Part shown: positions 43,801-53,902 of the stretch, in pieces
Numbering within the stretch: the stretch's first letter is position 1
Layout: each line of letters begins with the position of its first letter
Translations under genes and position numbers: made by a program
The notes under the pieces: generated by a model
Seen by the model: only the letters and a program-made list of their open reading frames with translations
Told to the model about the DNA's origin: nothing
Database searches by the model: none
IMG/VR virus record: IMGVR_UViG_3300021364_003460
Location: 1-64,000 of that record
DNA: 64,000 nucleotides
Origin: a virus
Reading direction: 5' to 3' (one strand)

Positions 43801-44008
43801 ATTTGATCCATTAGATAAAGATGGGAAGGTTCTATATCCTAACTTACCTTATCAAACTTCAAATGAAAAAGAATACTTAGAACTTAAAGATAATACTCCC
43901 AATTTAACAGAAGGAGAATTAATTGAATTGTTAACTAAGTATGAAAAACAATATGAAGAATTAGATTTAGGTTCTGATTGTGCCTCTGGAGCTTGCCCCG
44001 TGCGCTGA
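40829..44008 (+). CDS. nrdJ: class II (B12-dependent) ribonucleotide reductase with intein
   Basis: RTYSR, PAGRTLW, FNCS, GGVRRS, NP[intein]CGEI, CNLTE, TIKPSG, C-terminal CASGACPVR. Confidence 0.93.
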   Translation: MQTLQVNTFKAYFDLLSPKYVDWEFYSKYLDKEPPFGELGVIVFLRTYSRFIEQLGRREYWREVCLRVVEYSLSLDKVTPVELKKEEAKKLFDMMFNLRGFPAGRTLWIGNTKITETNGTANFNCSAATTDSISKFAECFYMLLVGAGYGFSVEDKYISNLPTFYPGKTLVNKEYNYNKYLKVDDTEIEFYKDNKFLSSVVYTEKSLCIEEDNKYLSVPEDCNKVNILVGDSRVGWVNTLRLLLTLHTYSNIKVVEVDYDYVRPEGAILKTFGGRSSGHTALETLLNRVVEIINELSKPGKLSSVQCLDIKNSIGIAVVVGGVRRSSELVLGDLFDTNFINSKKDLWSDESLANKRATRVMSNNSVTLYENPGLEYFKQLMESVRTSGEPGVYSIGNAQKRAANRKLTNPCFTGSMKLLTSEGYVEFKELEDKEVEVINKEGNITKSKVWSSGIKECIELRLSNKETLQCTPDHIWLTNEGEIQAKDLKNKQLVPFLKEPDLDINYTRYGFIQGDGTLNRLTSVIHKGLEVNIGYKDGDIYSLFEGLNYTNKSYRVIYLNDSKDLEVIKSLGYQAVKLPQRTLPDKYPSFSFKEKASFLKGCYSANGSVLSCGRVTYKATCKELLEQIQESLYLDFGIESYITTNKSKEVQFSNGVYTCRESYDLNVNKFTDKVNFFNEIGFVQRYKVELLAKHLLKSAPYITSIKNIGEHKVYDFTEPETHWGVVNRFIAHNCGEILLDDRGVCNLTEANVLAHVKEDNTFDWEVWKDTITWVTRMGSRITLVDMWHPKWQETQQRDRLLGVSMTGIVEAFDALNWSEEDITYFYKKTQSIVDLVADNYHNYLGIPKSLLKTTIKPSGSLSQLPTVSSGIHRPYAPYYLRRIRVSKTDPLAKTLYDLGLIPVPENSQGDDLFGEYCNTWVFTFPVKTKAKLNSIDEPALVQLERYKQVMQHYVQHNCSITVSVAEHEWEEVAQWLYENYDYYIGIAFLPRFDPLDKDGKVLYPNLPYQTSNEKEYLELKDNTPNLTEGELIELLTKYEKQYEELDLGSDCASGACPVR
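42059..43027 (+). mobile_element. 323-aa intein with LAGLIDADG homing endonuclease
   Basis: Starts CFTGSMKLLT, block B CTPDH, YGFIQGDG and FLKGCYSANGS, ends VYDF...FIAHN; the +1 residue is the Cys of NPCGE. Confidence 0.92.
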
Positions 44009-44940
44009 TGAATTATGACAGCTTTATTTCCAAACTATGTAATATTATCAACCTTTAGTTTAATTCATTTAAAAGAACTATCCTTATTTTATGGATTAAA
44101 GCTACCTCAGATTTATTACCTAAGTAAGCATCAACTTATTATAGAAATCTTAAAGTATTATTCTTGGTTTAATTAAACTTTACTTAGCCAGCCTAATAGT
44201 TCCTCTTGACAGAGAGAGCTTCCTAACAAGAGGCTGGCTACTTTTATTAATGATAACTAGACGTGGTAATTTTATTCAACTAAACAAACCTGAGTGGTTT
44301 AAAGATAAAGCTTTCTTAAGCTGCCTTGAAAATGAGTGGACTTGGTACAGCATTCAGAAGTCTCCTGAGTTTTGGGATACTATATTTCACTATGAAGAGA
44401 ATGCTGGCAGTCTTGACTATTTACCTCACTATATAGCTGAGGAATTAGAAAGTATATGTAAATCAGAATGTTTAAGAGAAGGATTAATATGGATAACAAA
44501 CCTACCAAACTAAAGTTTCATAACTTTAAAAATAGACAATATAAAAGACAACCTTATATACTAGAATTTAATATTTGGTATAAGTCTTTTATATTATGTT
44601 TCTATCCTCCTTGTATTGATACAGTTAACACATTTAGAGGAATAGATTATTTTCTTTCATTACCTGGATTTAAGTTTTCTTATAAAGATTACAAAGAATA
44701 TCATTATGAAAACTTAACTGATAATGATTGGTATAACTTACTAGAGGAAGAGCCTTTTTAATTATGAGAATTGAAATATCTGATTTTGGTAGATTAGAAA
44801 TCTTACTAGGTTCTCTCTACTTTGTTTTCAACTGTAGACCAACTCAATTTAGTGAGTTTGGTTACACTACTGTCTACTGGAATGGTAGACCTGTTTGGTA
44901 CGCTTAATTTATATTTTTAAATTTATTAAAACTAAATATT

Positions 44941-45375
44941 ATGTATAACAATCAAACTATCTGGTTAACTTTAAAGTCTGATGTTCCTAATAACTTACCC
45001 CAAGTATTTACTTTAGCTGATGGGGGTAAATTAGTTTACTATCCAGATGGTAATATTAATAATTCAAAAGGAGTTAAGAAAATAAATTCTAACTCCTATA
45101 AAATGTACTCTCCTTGTGGTGAGATTGTTGAAGTTACTAATTTAAGTAGCTTTTGTAAAGCACTATTTGGTACTACAGTAAATACTGATAGACCTAAGTT
45201 TGTATCTTCTTTTAGTGATATGTTTACTGGTATTAGAAAGGAAAATAATGTAATGGGCTGGACTAAGTTTCAAGAACCTAATGTTGCTGAACCTCAACAA
45301 CAAGAACCTGACAATCCTAATGGTGAAGAGGAAGAAGAGGATACAGAAGCCTTAGAACTATTATGTGTAGCGTAA
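44941..45375 (+). CDS. hypothetical protein with NUMOD1-like segment and acidic tail
   Basis: YKMYSPCGEIVEVTNLSSFC...GWTK pattern. Confidence 0.45.
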   Translation: MYNNQTIWLTLKSDVPNNLPQVFTLADGGKLVYYPDGNINNSKGVKKINSNSYKMYSPCGEIVEVTNLSSFCKALFGTTVNTDRPKFVSSFSDMFTGIRKENNVMGWTKFQEPNVAEPQQQEPDNPNGEEEEEDTEALELLCVA

Positions 45376-45397
45376 GCTAAGTAATACCTAAGTTATT

Positions 45398-46126
45398 TTA
45401 ACTTGGCATCTCCCAACCTATCTTCCAATCTAAAGCAAGTAATCTAGTAATAGCTTCTTTTTCAGTCTCCATTTGAGTCTGCTCAAAAGCTCTAACTACA
45501 TCTAACCATTTACCTCTAGTGCCAGCTATAAAGTTAGCATAGTTAATTAAGTATTCATTAGATTGAAGTATCTGGTTAACTACTGCTAACAACCCAGCTT
45601 TAAACTCAGGTAGATTAGTATCTGTAATACCAGTTCTTACTATATGTTGAGCAGTTAGGTTAGGAGCATCTAAAGAATTTTGGCTAACTGAATATGCTTG
45701 TGCTTCAGGTAATATTGTAGTAGTCCACCTATCTCTTTCAGCATCAGAGTAATCAGATACAGCTTGTCTTTGTAAACTAGATGCGTAACTATAAATATCT
45801 TTTTCTACTTGCAACTTAGCTTCTACTAAAGTTTGAGGAAGTAAGTCTTCAATAACTTGCTGTCTTAACTCTTCTTGTAGTTCTAGGTAAATAGTTATTT
45901 TAGTAATGTAATAATCATATACTTCATTACTAGGATTTAAAGATTCTACAGTACCATTAAAATGTCTTAACTCATACAATACATCAGGATAGTATTCTAC
46001 TTGTTTGATATTAACAGGCAAACTAAAGGTAGATTCTAATTGTAGAAATTCTTCTCTAGTAGACTTTAATGTACTAACTTCATCATAAATCTGAATGTAG
46101 TTATCTCTAATTATAAAGTGTTTCAT
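45398..46126 (-). CDS. putative tail-fibre assembly/chaperone protein
   Basis: Directly downstream of the tail-fibre gene; YSDAERDRW...EAQAY segment as in fibre chaperone-like proteins. Confidence 0.5.
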   Translation of the reverse strand: MKHFIIRDNYIQIYDEVSTLKSTREEFLQLESTFSLPVNIKQVEYYPDVLYELRHFNGTVESLNPSNEVYDYYITKITIYLELQEELRQQVIEDLLPQTLVEAKLQVEKDIYSYASSLQRQAVSDYSDAERDRWTTTILPEAQAYSVSQNSLDAPNLTAQHIVRTGITDTNLPEFKAGLLAVVNQILQSNEYLINYANFIAGTRGKWLDVVRAFEQTQMETEKEAITRLLALDWKIGWEMPS

Positions 46127-46127
46127 C

Positions 46128-47276
46128 TTATTTTACTTTTACTATGTAGTTGAGAACTATATAAGGCTGCATGTTGTTGTGAGCTGCTCCTCCTCCAGTG
46201 TTACTTGTAGGAGTAGAGGAAGAAGAGATAGTAATGCCTGTAGTTGATGTACTTACTAAATCTTTGTCTGCTGAGTTTTTAGAAATATAATCTTTATTTG
46301 TTGGATAAACTCCAGCAACTTCTCCAGCTACAGCAACATCTAAAGATGGTCTTAAAAAAGAATCAACATTTATATCAGAGTTTCCTCCCTCACTTCCTCC
46401 TCCTAACTTCCAAGCATATAAATCATGAGAGTGTCCTGCCCCTTCTTCTACTGTATGGGTATGTTCATTACTATGACTATGTGCAGGTAACTCACTTTCA
46501 GTTAATGTATGTGTAGCTTCACCTCCAGTAGACCCTAAAGCAAATCCAATACCAACTCCTACAGGTATTTTTTGTTCTAAGTTAGGTAAGTTAAAGGTAG
46601 AGCTGCCATCTCCTGCACCATAAGTAGTACCAAATCTACTAAACAAAACATTATAAGTTGTTCTATTAATAGCTTGACCATTAGCAAACATAAAGTTGTC
46701 ATCTGGTACAACACTACCTCCATAAGGGATAATTGCACCTACAGGTAAACTACCCCCTACAGAAGTAATATAACCAACAGTAGCTATTTGATTTGGGTCT
46801 GCCTCAGCTAGAGGAGTAGGAGCTTTAGGAATACCTGTAAAAGTAGGGCTATTAATATTGGCTTTACTGTTTTGTAAGCTAGTAATAGAGTTAGATATAG
46901 AAACTAAACTACTATTGATAGTTGCAATGTTAGTTTCTGCTGTGGTGACTCTTAAAGTGAGGGCAGTCAAATCAGCTTGTAACTGAGTTATCTCTAATAG
47001 TAAATCATTTCTTAAATTGTTAATAAGAACAGATAACTCTCCATCTCCAAAAATAGAGTCTTGTAAGTTAGTTAATTGATTAGTTAATTCAGTACAGCAT
47101 TGTTGAAGTGCAGCAATGAAATCATAGTTTTCTACTGTAGTGTAGAGGTCTGAAATGGTGCTGCTCAGTTGAGTTCCTGTGTGAAGGGATCTGTCAAGTA
47201 CAGCTAGAAAATTGTTATCTAACGTTTGGCAATCTAAGGGCGTATTTTGATTACCTCTTAAAGTTAATACTGGCAT
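46128..47276 (-). CDS. tail fibre protein with phage tail-collar domain
   Basis: DRSLHTGTQ..STISD, coiled coil, KANINSPTFTG.PKAPT, LPVGAIIPY, ANGQAI.R..Y..LF..GTTYGAGDGSSTFNLP, HNNMQPYIVLNYIVK. Confidence 0.9.
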   Translation of the reverse strand: MPVLTLRGNQNTPLDCQTLDNNFLAVLDRSLHTGTQLSSTISDLYTTVENYDFIAALQQCCTELTNQLTNLQDSIFGDGELSVLINNLRNDLLLEITQLQADLTALTLRVTTAETNIATINSSLVSISNSITSLQNSKANINSPTFTGIPKAPTPLAEADPNQIATVGYITSVGGSLPVGAIIPYGGSVVPDDNFMFANGQAINRTTYNVLFSRFGTTYGAGDGSSTFNLPNLEQKIPVGVGIGFALGSTGGEATHTLTESELPAHSHSNEHTHTVEEGAGHSHDLYAWKLGGGSEGGNSDINVDSFLRPSLDVAVAGEVAGVYPTNKDYISKNSADKDLVSTSTTGITISSSSTPTSNTGGGAAHNNMQPYIVLNYIVKVK

Positions 47277-47390
47277 GTATACATTTTTATAAAGTTAACT
47301 TACTTCCAGTTAACTAGATTTCACATGAATAAATAAGGCAATAAATTTAACTTGTTAAATTTACACTTTTGTAAACAAAGCAATAATCAC

Positions 47391-48647
47391 ATGGCATTTT
47401 TAAGTATTGAAAGTAGCAATCCAAAGTTCAGTTACATTATTAATAAGAATCCTAGTAACCCTGCTATAGCTAAACCTATTAGGCAAGGTACTGCTATTGG
47501 GTGGTTTGCTAATGAACAGAAGTATTGTGTTAGGTTTGTAGACCCTCCTCAAAAGATGTCTTACAACAAAGCTGAGTATGAATACCTTGATGTGACAGCT
47601 TTGAGTTCACCAGCAGCTTACAGTAATCTTATTAGAGATTTCTTTAATGGATTGTTAAAAAAAGAAAGTGAGTTTGATGTAATTGAGCATGACTTTCATA
47701 AAATAGAATTAGGATTTATTAAATGTAGTAAAAGAAACCTTGAACACTTTACTAAGTTCTTTCCACAAGTTACCTATATAGAACTAGCTAAAAATACTTA
47801 TCAAGTAACCTTTTTTGATAAAAAATTAAGTTCTCTTAGAAAGCTACTTCATTTAACTAATCTATTCTGTATCTTCATGATGGTAGCTGATGATGACTTC
47901 TATGTTGACATTAATGAAGATGTTATCAAAAAGTATCTAGTTTCATTACAAGTTATAAAAGTTCCATACTATATAGCTAACCTATTCAAAATACAGTTTC
48001 TCAAAACTAAAGCTCTGTTTACTAAGTTTGCACCTACCTTACAAGAAGCCTGCACTGAAGAAGTTACCTTTGAGTTTGGTACTGTATTAGATGCTAGAAA
48101 GAGGTGGATTGAAAGTAACCTTTCTTTTAAGAACAATATAGTAGACATTGGTGCAGGAGAAGACTTTAACTACGCTTACCTGTCTAGAAACATTAAAGGC
48201 ATCTATTACCCAGTAGATAGAGATGAAGAAGCTAGAAAGTCTATTACTAGAAAGATTGAGTATAAGAAGTTTGATAAGGTAGCTGAACCTTTAGCTGACT
48301 GGAATGAAATTAAGGAACTATTAGATAGTGACACTGAAGTTATTTTAACTGAGATACTTGAACATAATAGTTTGAAGGAAGCTAGAGCTTTGTTAACAGA
48401 GGTCTTAAGTCATCCACAAGTTAAACGTTTACTTATAACCTTACCTTGGATGCCTTTCAACAAATACTATTTATTAGATACAGAGTTTAGGCATGATGAC
48501 CACAAATGGGAAGCTGATAATGAAGTATTAACTAAACTTTATTATGTTGTCAGATCAGAAAAGAAATATAAAGTTGCAGAAGCTTTTATAGGGGATTTAA
48601 TTTATGGAATATCTCCAACAGTAGGAATAATTATTGAGAAGGTGTAA
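47391..48647 (+). CDS. hen1: Hen1 3'-terminal RNA 2'-O-methyltransferase
   Basis: N-terminal FSYIINKNP (cf. GYLLHKHP); SAM motif VDIGAGE; metal ligands EILEH and FRHDDHKWE; SPT near the end; ATG 47391 (track start 47352). Confidence 0.88.
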   Translation: MAFLSIESSNPKFSYIINKNPSNPAIAKPIRQGTAIGWFANEQKYCVRFVDPPQKMSYNKAEYEYLDVTALSSPAAYSNLIRDFFNGLLKKESEFDVIEHDFHKIELGFIKCSKRNLEHFTKFFPQVTYIELAKNTYQVTFFDKKLSSLRKLLHLTNLFCIFMMVADDDFYVDINEDVIKKYLVSLQVIKVPYYIANLFKIQFLKTKALFTKFAPTLQEACTEEVTFEFGTVLDARKRWIESNLSFKNNIVDIGAGEDFNYAYLSRNIKGIYYPVDRDEEARKSITRKIEYKKFDKVAEPLADWNEIKELLDSDTEVILTEILEHNSLKEARALLTEVLSHPQVKRLLITLPWMPFNKYYLLDTEFRHDDHKWEADNEVLTKLYYVVRSEKKYKVAEAFIGDLIYGISPTVGIIIEKV

Positions 48648-48651
48648 TTAC

Positions 48652-51291
48652 ATGACAATTAATATTCAAATACCCATGCACACTGTAGTCACTATGGTGG
48701 CTCCTTCATGCTCAGGTAAATCTCTACTAGTAGAAACATTAGTAAATCAATTAGAAAGAACTTATCAATTAGGTTTAAGTAAACTCAACTTCCATGTAAT
48801 CTCTTCAGATGATATACGTAGAGAGCTTATTGGGGAAGACTTACATAAACATGACAATGAAATGCTTTATGCTTCTGGGGCTGCATTTGATTTACTATTT
48901 TGTAAGTTGAGAAACCTACTTCAGTTTCCTCTTAGTTTAAAGAATGCAGTAGTGTTTGTAGATACTACTGGTTTAAGTAAAGAGTTTAGAGACCAGGTAA
49001 ATAAAGTAGCTGAGAGATATGGTTATAATACAGCAGCCATTGTATTAGACTACAAAGAATATCAAGACTACTTTAAGTTAGCTGAAAATGATGAGAGAGT
49101 AGATAAGTCAGTTGTTAGCAATCATGTAAAAAGACTCAGAACTAAAACTCTACCTCAAATGAGGAGGAAAGACTACTCAGCAGGTATCTTTAAAATTAAA
49201 CAGCTAGATTACCTTTGGCACAACGTTGAAATTCAGTTAACTAATGCAAATGAATATATCAACTGTAGGCTACCTATTAAAACTGCTGAAGGGGAAAGGA
49301 TAGAGTATACTTGTTTAGGGGATAGTCATGGTTGTTATGATGAGGTAATACAAGTATTAACTAAAGCTGGGTTTACTATTGAAGAGGGGTTAATTAAAAA
49401 TCCTGGCAACAAAAGAATTGTTTGTTTAGATGACTACATTGATAAAGGAAGTAAGCAAAAAGAGCTTATTCAATTCTTCTATAACAACCAAGATTACATT
49501 TACCATGTTTTAGCTAATCATGAGGATTTTGTTGTAAGGTACTTTACTGGAGATATCAAACCAGATAAAGACTCTTTACAATACTTTGATTCTATTAGCT
49601 GGCTTAAAGATACTCCTGAGTTGGAAGAATTAAAATGGCTACATTCTCAAGCTAAACCCTTCTTAATTCACCCTGACTTTATCTGTACTCACTCTCCTTG
49701 TAAACTAAAACACTTAGGTAAACTAGATAAGGAATCTAAGAGAGCTCAACTTAAGCATAGACTACCTTCTATCTATGGTAAAGACTTTGATACTGAGGAA
49801 GAATACAAAAATGTACTAGAAACTAATTTAAATTGGTTAAAGGAGCAAGCTGTAGCTAACTTTCCTTTTATCTTCTCTGGTCATCTTTCATTCAGTAATG
49901 TTGTCAGACTAGGTAGCCAAGTAATGTTAGATACTGGAGCAGTCTATGGGAATAAACTTACCGCTTGTACTGTAAAAGGAAGAAAGCTAGACTTTACTCA
50001 AGTTCAAGCTAAAGAAGCATACTACCCTATTAAGTATCTAACAACTATCTTTGATACTAAAGATAAAGTTAACTTAAATAGTCTAGACTCTAGGGAACAG
50101 AGAAGAATTAAGAGAGCTTTAGGAGAGAAACCAATCAACTGGCTATCAGGAACTATGTCACCTAGTGCTAGTAATGATTCTCAGTTAGAACCTATTGAAA
50201 CAGCATTAGAATACTATAAATCTAAAGGTGTTACTGACCTAGTAATGCAATGTAAAGAAATGGGCAGTAATGCTTCCTTCTATTGGCTGCCTAATCCAGA
50301 AGACTGCTACATGGTTAGTAGAAATGGCTATCTTATTAATCAAGTAGACATTAAACCTATAGTAGATAAGTTCCACTCTCTAATTGCAGAAAGGTTTCCT
50401 GATGCTACTCAAGTAATAGTTTTTGGAGAATTGAAACCTTGGTCTGCTTTAGGTAAAGGTTTAATTGACCACCACTTCATCCCTATCTACTCAGGGATGA
50501 AAACTGAGTTAGAGTTCTCTAAAACTAATGGTTTTGATACAGCTTTCTCTAGTTTGTTATCTCAAGCTAAAGAAGAGTTTGCTCATGACAGAGGTAAGTT
50601 ATCTAAAGCTGAGTTAAGGGCTAAGTATGGAGATGCTAAAGTAGAGTGGTATAACAGTGTACTACAAGCTGCTAAGTATGTTAATCCTGTAGATATTGAT
50701 TTAGCTGAGGTAGAAGCCTACAAGGAAGAGTTAGATGGGTATACTCAAGATAGTGAGTTAGATTTCCAACCTTTCCAAGTATTAAAGATTGAAAGAGGTG
50801 ATAAAGTAGAAGTGTTACCTTTTGATAACTATGAAGGGTTTAAACTATTTAACTCTAATCAAATTATAAAATTAGATTTAAATTCTAAGGAAGGTTATGA
50901 TACTGAAGTTTTGTATGCTAGATATGTGTACAAAAACTGGGTATCTGCTCCACAAGACTTCTTTGGTTATACTAAGTTAGAAGGTGTAGTTATTAAACCT
51001 TTAGACCCTAAGCTGACTAATGTAGCTCCTTATATTAAAGTAAGAAATCCTCAGTACCTTAAGTTAGTGTATGGGCCAACTTACAATTTAGAACCTACCT
51101 ATAGTAAACTAGTTAAATCTAAAAGGATTAGTAGAAAGATTAAGTCTTCCATTAATGAATGGCAGCTAGGTTTAGAAATGTTAGGTATTCATTCTAGTCA
51201 GATGACATTAGATAACTCTAAAGCAGTAGACTTAATGATTAAGTTTATTGCAGAAGAAAGGAAAGTGGAAGTGTTAGATCCAAGGTTGTAA
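48652..51291 (+). CDS. pnkp: polynucleotide kinase-phosphatase-ligase (bacterial Pnkp type)
   Basis: P-loop APSCSGKS, SSDDIR; GDSHGC, DYIDKG, NHED, LDTGAVYGNKLTA; ligase KEMGS, EGVVIKP, KVRNPQYLKLVYG; terminal DPRL. Confidence 0.93.
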   Translation: MTINIQIPMHTVVTMVAPSCSGKSLLVETLVNQLERTYQLGLSKLNFHVISSDDIRRELIGEDLHKHDNEMLYASGAAFDLLFCKLRNLLQFPLSLKNAVVFVDTTGLSKEFRDQVNKVAERYGYNTAAIVLDYKEYQDYFKLAENDERVDKSVVSNHVKRLRTKTLPQMRRKDYSAGIFKIKQLDYLWHNVEIQLTNANEYINCRLPIKTAEGERIEYTCLGDSHGCYDEVIQVLTKAGFTIEEGLIKNPGNKRIVCLDDYIDKGSKQKELIQFFYNNQDYIYHVLANHEDFVVRYFTGDIKPDKDSLQYFDSISWLKDTPELEELKWLHSQAKPFLIHPDFICTHSPCKLKHLGKLDKESKRAQLKHRLPSIYGKDFDTEEEYKNVLETNLNWLKEQAVANFPFIFSGHLSFSNVVRLGSQVMLDTGAVYGNKLTACTVKGRKLDFTQVQAKEAYYPIKYLTTIFDTKDKVNLNSLDSREQRRIKRALGEKPINWLSGTMSPSASNDSQLEPIETALEYYKSKGVTDLVMQCKEMGSNASFYWLPNPEDCYMVSRNGYLINQVDIKPIVDKFHSLIAERFPDATQVIVFGELKPWSALGKGLIDHHFIPIYSGMKTELEFSKTNGFDTAFSSLLSQAKEEFAHDRGKLSKAELRAKYGDAKVEWYNSVLQAAKYVNPVDIDLAEVEAYKEELDGYTQDSELDFQPFQVLKIERGDKVEVLPFDNYEGFKLFNSNQIIKLDLNSKEGYDTEVLYARYVYKNWVSAPQDFFGYTKLEGVVIKPLDPKLTNVAPYIKVRNPQYLKLVYGPTYNLEPTYSKLVKSKRISRKIKSSINEWQLGLEMLGIHSSQMTLDNSKAVDLMIKFIAEERKVEVLDPRL

Positions 51292-52010
51292 ATTATGGAA
51301 ACTTATTATGTCATGTACTTTTATGAAAATGAAGAAGTGCATTCTGTAATAGAATTACAGGCTTCTTATTTACACTCTGATTTGCTAAGTAAAATAGAAG
51401 CAAATGCACCAATGGAAGATTACTATTATCAGGTAGTCACAAAAAAAGTATATGAAGACTATAATTCTAGCAAACCAGAAACCTAAGTACAGTTCTCTTC
51501 ACTTTACTACTCAGTACAAATTTAGTAATCTAATAATATAAACTTTAACTTAACTATATATCTATGAAACTAAATACTACTCCTTACATTGTTCAAGAAC
51601 TCTTAGATAAAGGTTACATTAGTTCTGACAATAAAGATAAAGTAGCTGAAGTGCTTGCTAATGAAGGTAAGCTTAGTAAAGAGTACCAGGTTAAAAGTAA
51701 GATTCTAAACTATCTAGAATACTTCTCTGGTTCTCTAGTTAAAGAAGTAGATGTTAATTCAATTTACTCTAATATCAAAGCTAAATTTAAAGAAGATGCT
51801 GAACTTGAAAATGGTGATATTAGATACCAAGTATTAGATTATCTAAAGAAAGAAAAGAAGTTAAGTCATTATGCTGAATTGAGTGAAACATTAACTGATT
51901 CATTAAAATTAACTACTAATGTAGTTGAAATGTTAAAGCCTTTTCAGGTAGTAGGATATAGGAAAATATTGTAGTAGACTGACCACCTAACTCAAGTTAA
52001 CTAGTCCATT

Positions 52011-52793
52011 ATGGTAAATAATCTTTATTTTAAAACCATAATGGCTAGAAAGAAAAGAGTTACTAGAAGGGCTAAAGTTGAGTATACTGAATCTAAACTT
52101 ACTTATCAAGAAACTGAATACAAGCAGTTTACAGGAAAGATTCAGACTACTAAATTGATTAGACCTCTGAATCCTAGACAAAGAGAATATATTTGGTTAA
52201 TTAAAGAGAAGACTGTTATCATTGCCCAAGGAGATAGCGGCACTTCTAAGAGCTTTCTAGCCCTACATACAGCTATTCAACTGTTCAATAATGAGTCTTC
52301 TCCAATAGAGAAGATTTTTTATATTAGGGCTAATGTAGGACTTAGTGAAGAGAAAGACTTAGGGTACATGAAAGGTGATTTGAAAGAGAAAATATTACCT
52401 CTAGCCTACCCAGTCTTAGACTCTTTAATAGGATTCATGAATGAAAGTCAAGCTAAGTATTTAGTAGAATCAGGTAAAATAGAAGTCTTACCTGTAGCTA
52501 TGGTTAGAGGGCGTACCTTCAACAACTCTATAGTAATTGTTGATGAAGCTCAATCATGTAGTCCTACTAGTATACTCACCTTACTTACTAGAATAGGTCA
52601 GAATAGTAAAATGCTTCTACTGGGTAACTGTTCTAACTACCAAAAAGATACTAAAGCTAATATTAATGATGGGCTTAATGATGCTATTAATAGACTTCAA
52701 GGATTACCTGATGTAGGTTATATCAGATTTAGAAGAGAAGATATAGTTAGAAATAGTGTTATCAAAAACATTTTAGCTAGGTATGAAGATTAA
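52011..52793 (+). CDS. phoH: PhoH-family ATPase
   Basis: PLNPRQ, GDSGTSKS, GYMKGDL.EK, MVRGRTF, IVDEAQ, LLTRIG, DIVRN. Confidence 0.92.
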   Translation: MVNNLYFKTIMARKKRVTRRAKVEYTESKLTYQETEYKQFTGKIQTTKLIRPLNPRQREYIWLIKEKTVIIAQGDSGTSKSFLALHTAIQLFNNESSPIEKIFYIRANVGLSEEKDLGYMKGDLKEKILPLAYPVLDSLIGFMNESQAKYLVESGKIEVLPVAMVRGRTFNNSIVIVDEAQSCSPTSILTLLTRIGQNSKMLLLGNCSNYQKDTKANINDGLNDAINRLQGLPDVGYIRFRREDIVRNSVIKNILARYED

Positions 52794-52810
52794 TAAGTAA
52801 ACAAATCAAT

Positions 52811-52832
52811 AGGAGACTAATTACAGTCTCCT
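52811..52832 (+). terminator. hairpin after phoH
   Basis: AGGAGACT-aattac-AGTCTCCT perfect 8-bp stem. Confidence 0.55.
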
Positions 52833-53902
52833 TAAACTTTTATTAACTAACATTTATTAAACAAATGAGAACAACATTAATTAAAAAAAAAGATATTCAA
52901 TCTCAAAACTCTGGAGAATACAACTATGAAGATTACAGTAAAACAAAAGCTTTTAAAAGAATTCAAGTGTTGGAGGTCACTGGTGTAAAAAAGCTTAAGT
53001 GGGAGTGGACTGCTCCTACACCTAATGAACTAGGAATACATCCTTACTCTAGAAGAACAATTAGAAAGTATACATTTCATGAACTTACAACAAGCAATTA
53101 TTGAATTAGAGTGCTGCCTTAGTAAAGTAGTAAAAGTATCTGAATCAGAAGCCTATCAGTTAGCTACTAAAGAGGGTCACTCAAGTTTAGCTACTGACTT
53201 AGAAGATGTTAAACATAACTTAGAAAATACTTTAAATAACTTACAGGACTTGTTAGATATTGAGTTTATAGAATCTTTAGAAATAGATTTAAATGAATGT
53301 GTGCCTTTGACAAAAGAAATGTATGAAAGGGCTACTAAACTTACTAAAAATATGGAAGTTGATTTAAATGAAGATTTAGAAGGAGACTTTTAGTAATGGC
53401 TAATAGAAATTATGTACATGAATTAAGTAAATTTCTTAAAGAAAATGTAATGTCTTCTCCTCAAGAACAACATTTTGAAACTATAGTTTATCTTAAAATT
53501 AATAAGTTTCTTTCTGATAATAATTTAGTTATTACTACAAAATGGGATTAACTCTAATGACTAATGAAGAGTTTGCTAAGAAGTTAATAAGTAAATTATG
53601 TAGTAGAAATTATATTAGTTGGCAAGAAGGTATACAAGGAGAAGTAACTCAGTTTCTACAAGAAAACAATCTCCAAGTTATTAATACTAAAGATCAACTA
53701 TTAGGTTACTGTGTTGAAGATGTAATTATCTATTACTTCCAAGAATTAGAGCATTATCAAGAGAAGTATGGAAGTAATATACCATCAGAACTTACTAGAG
53801 AACAAAGTCAGTATTTACTAGAGTTAGCTGATAGATTAAACAGCAAGCATGAATTAACTTTTTGTTGGGATGACATTGATGAAGCAATTGAAGAATGGTT
53901 AG

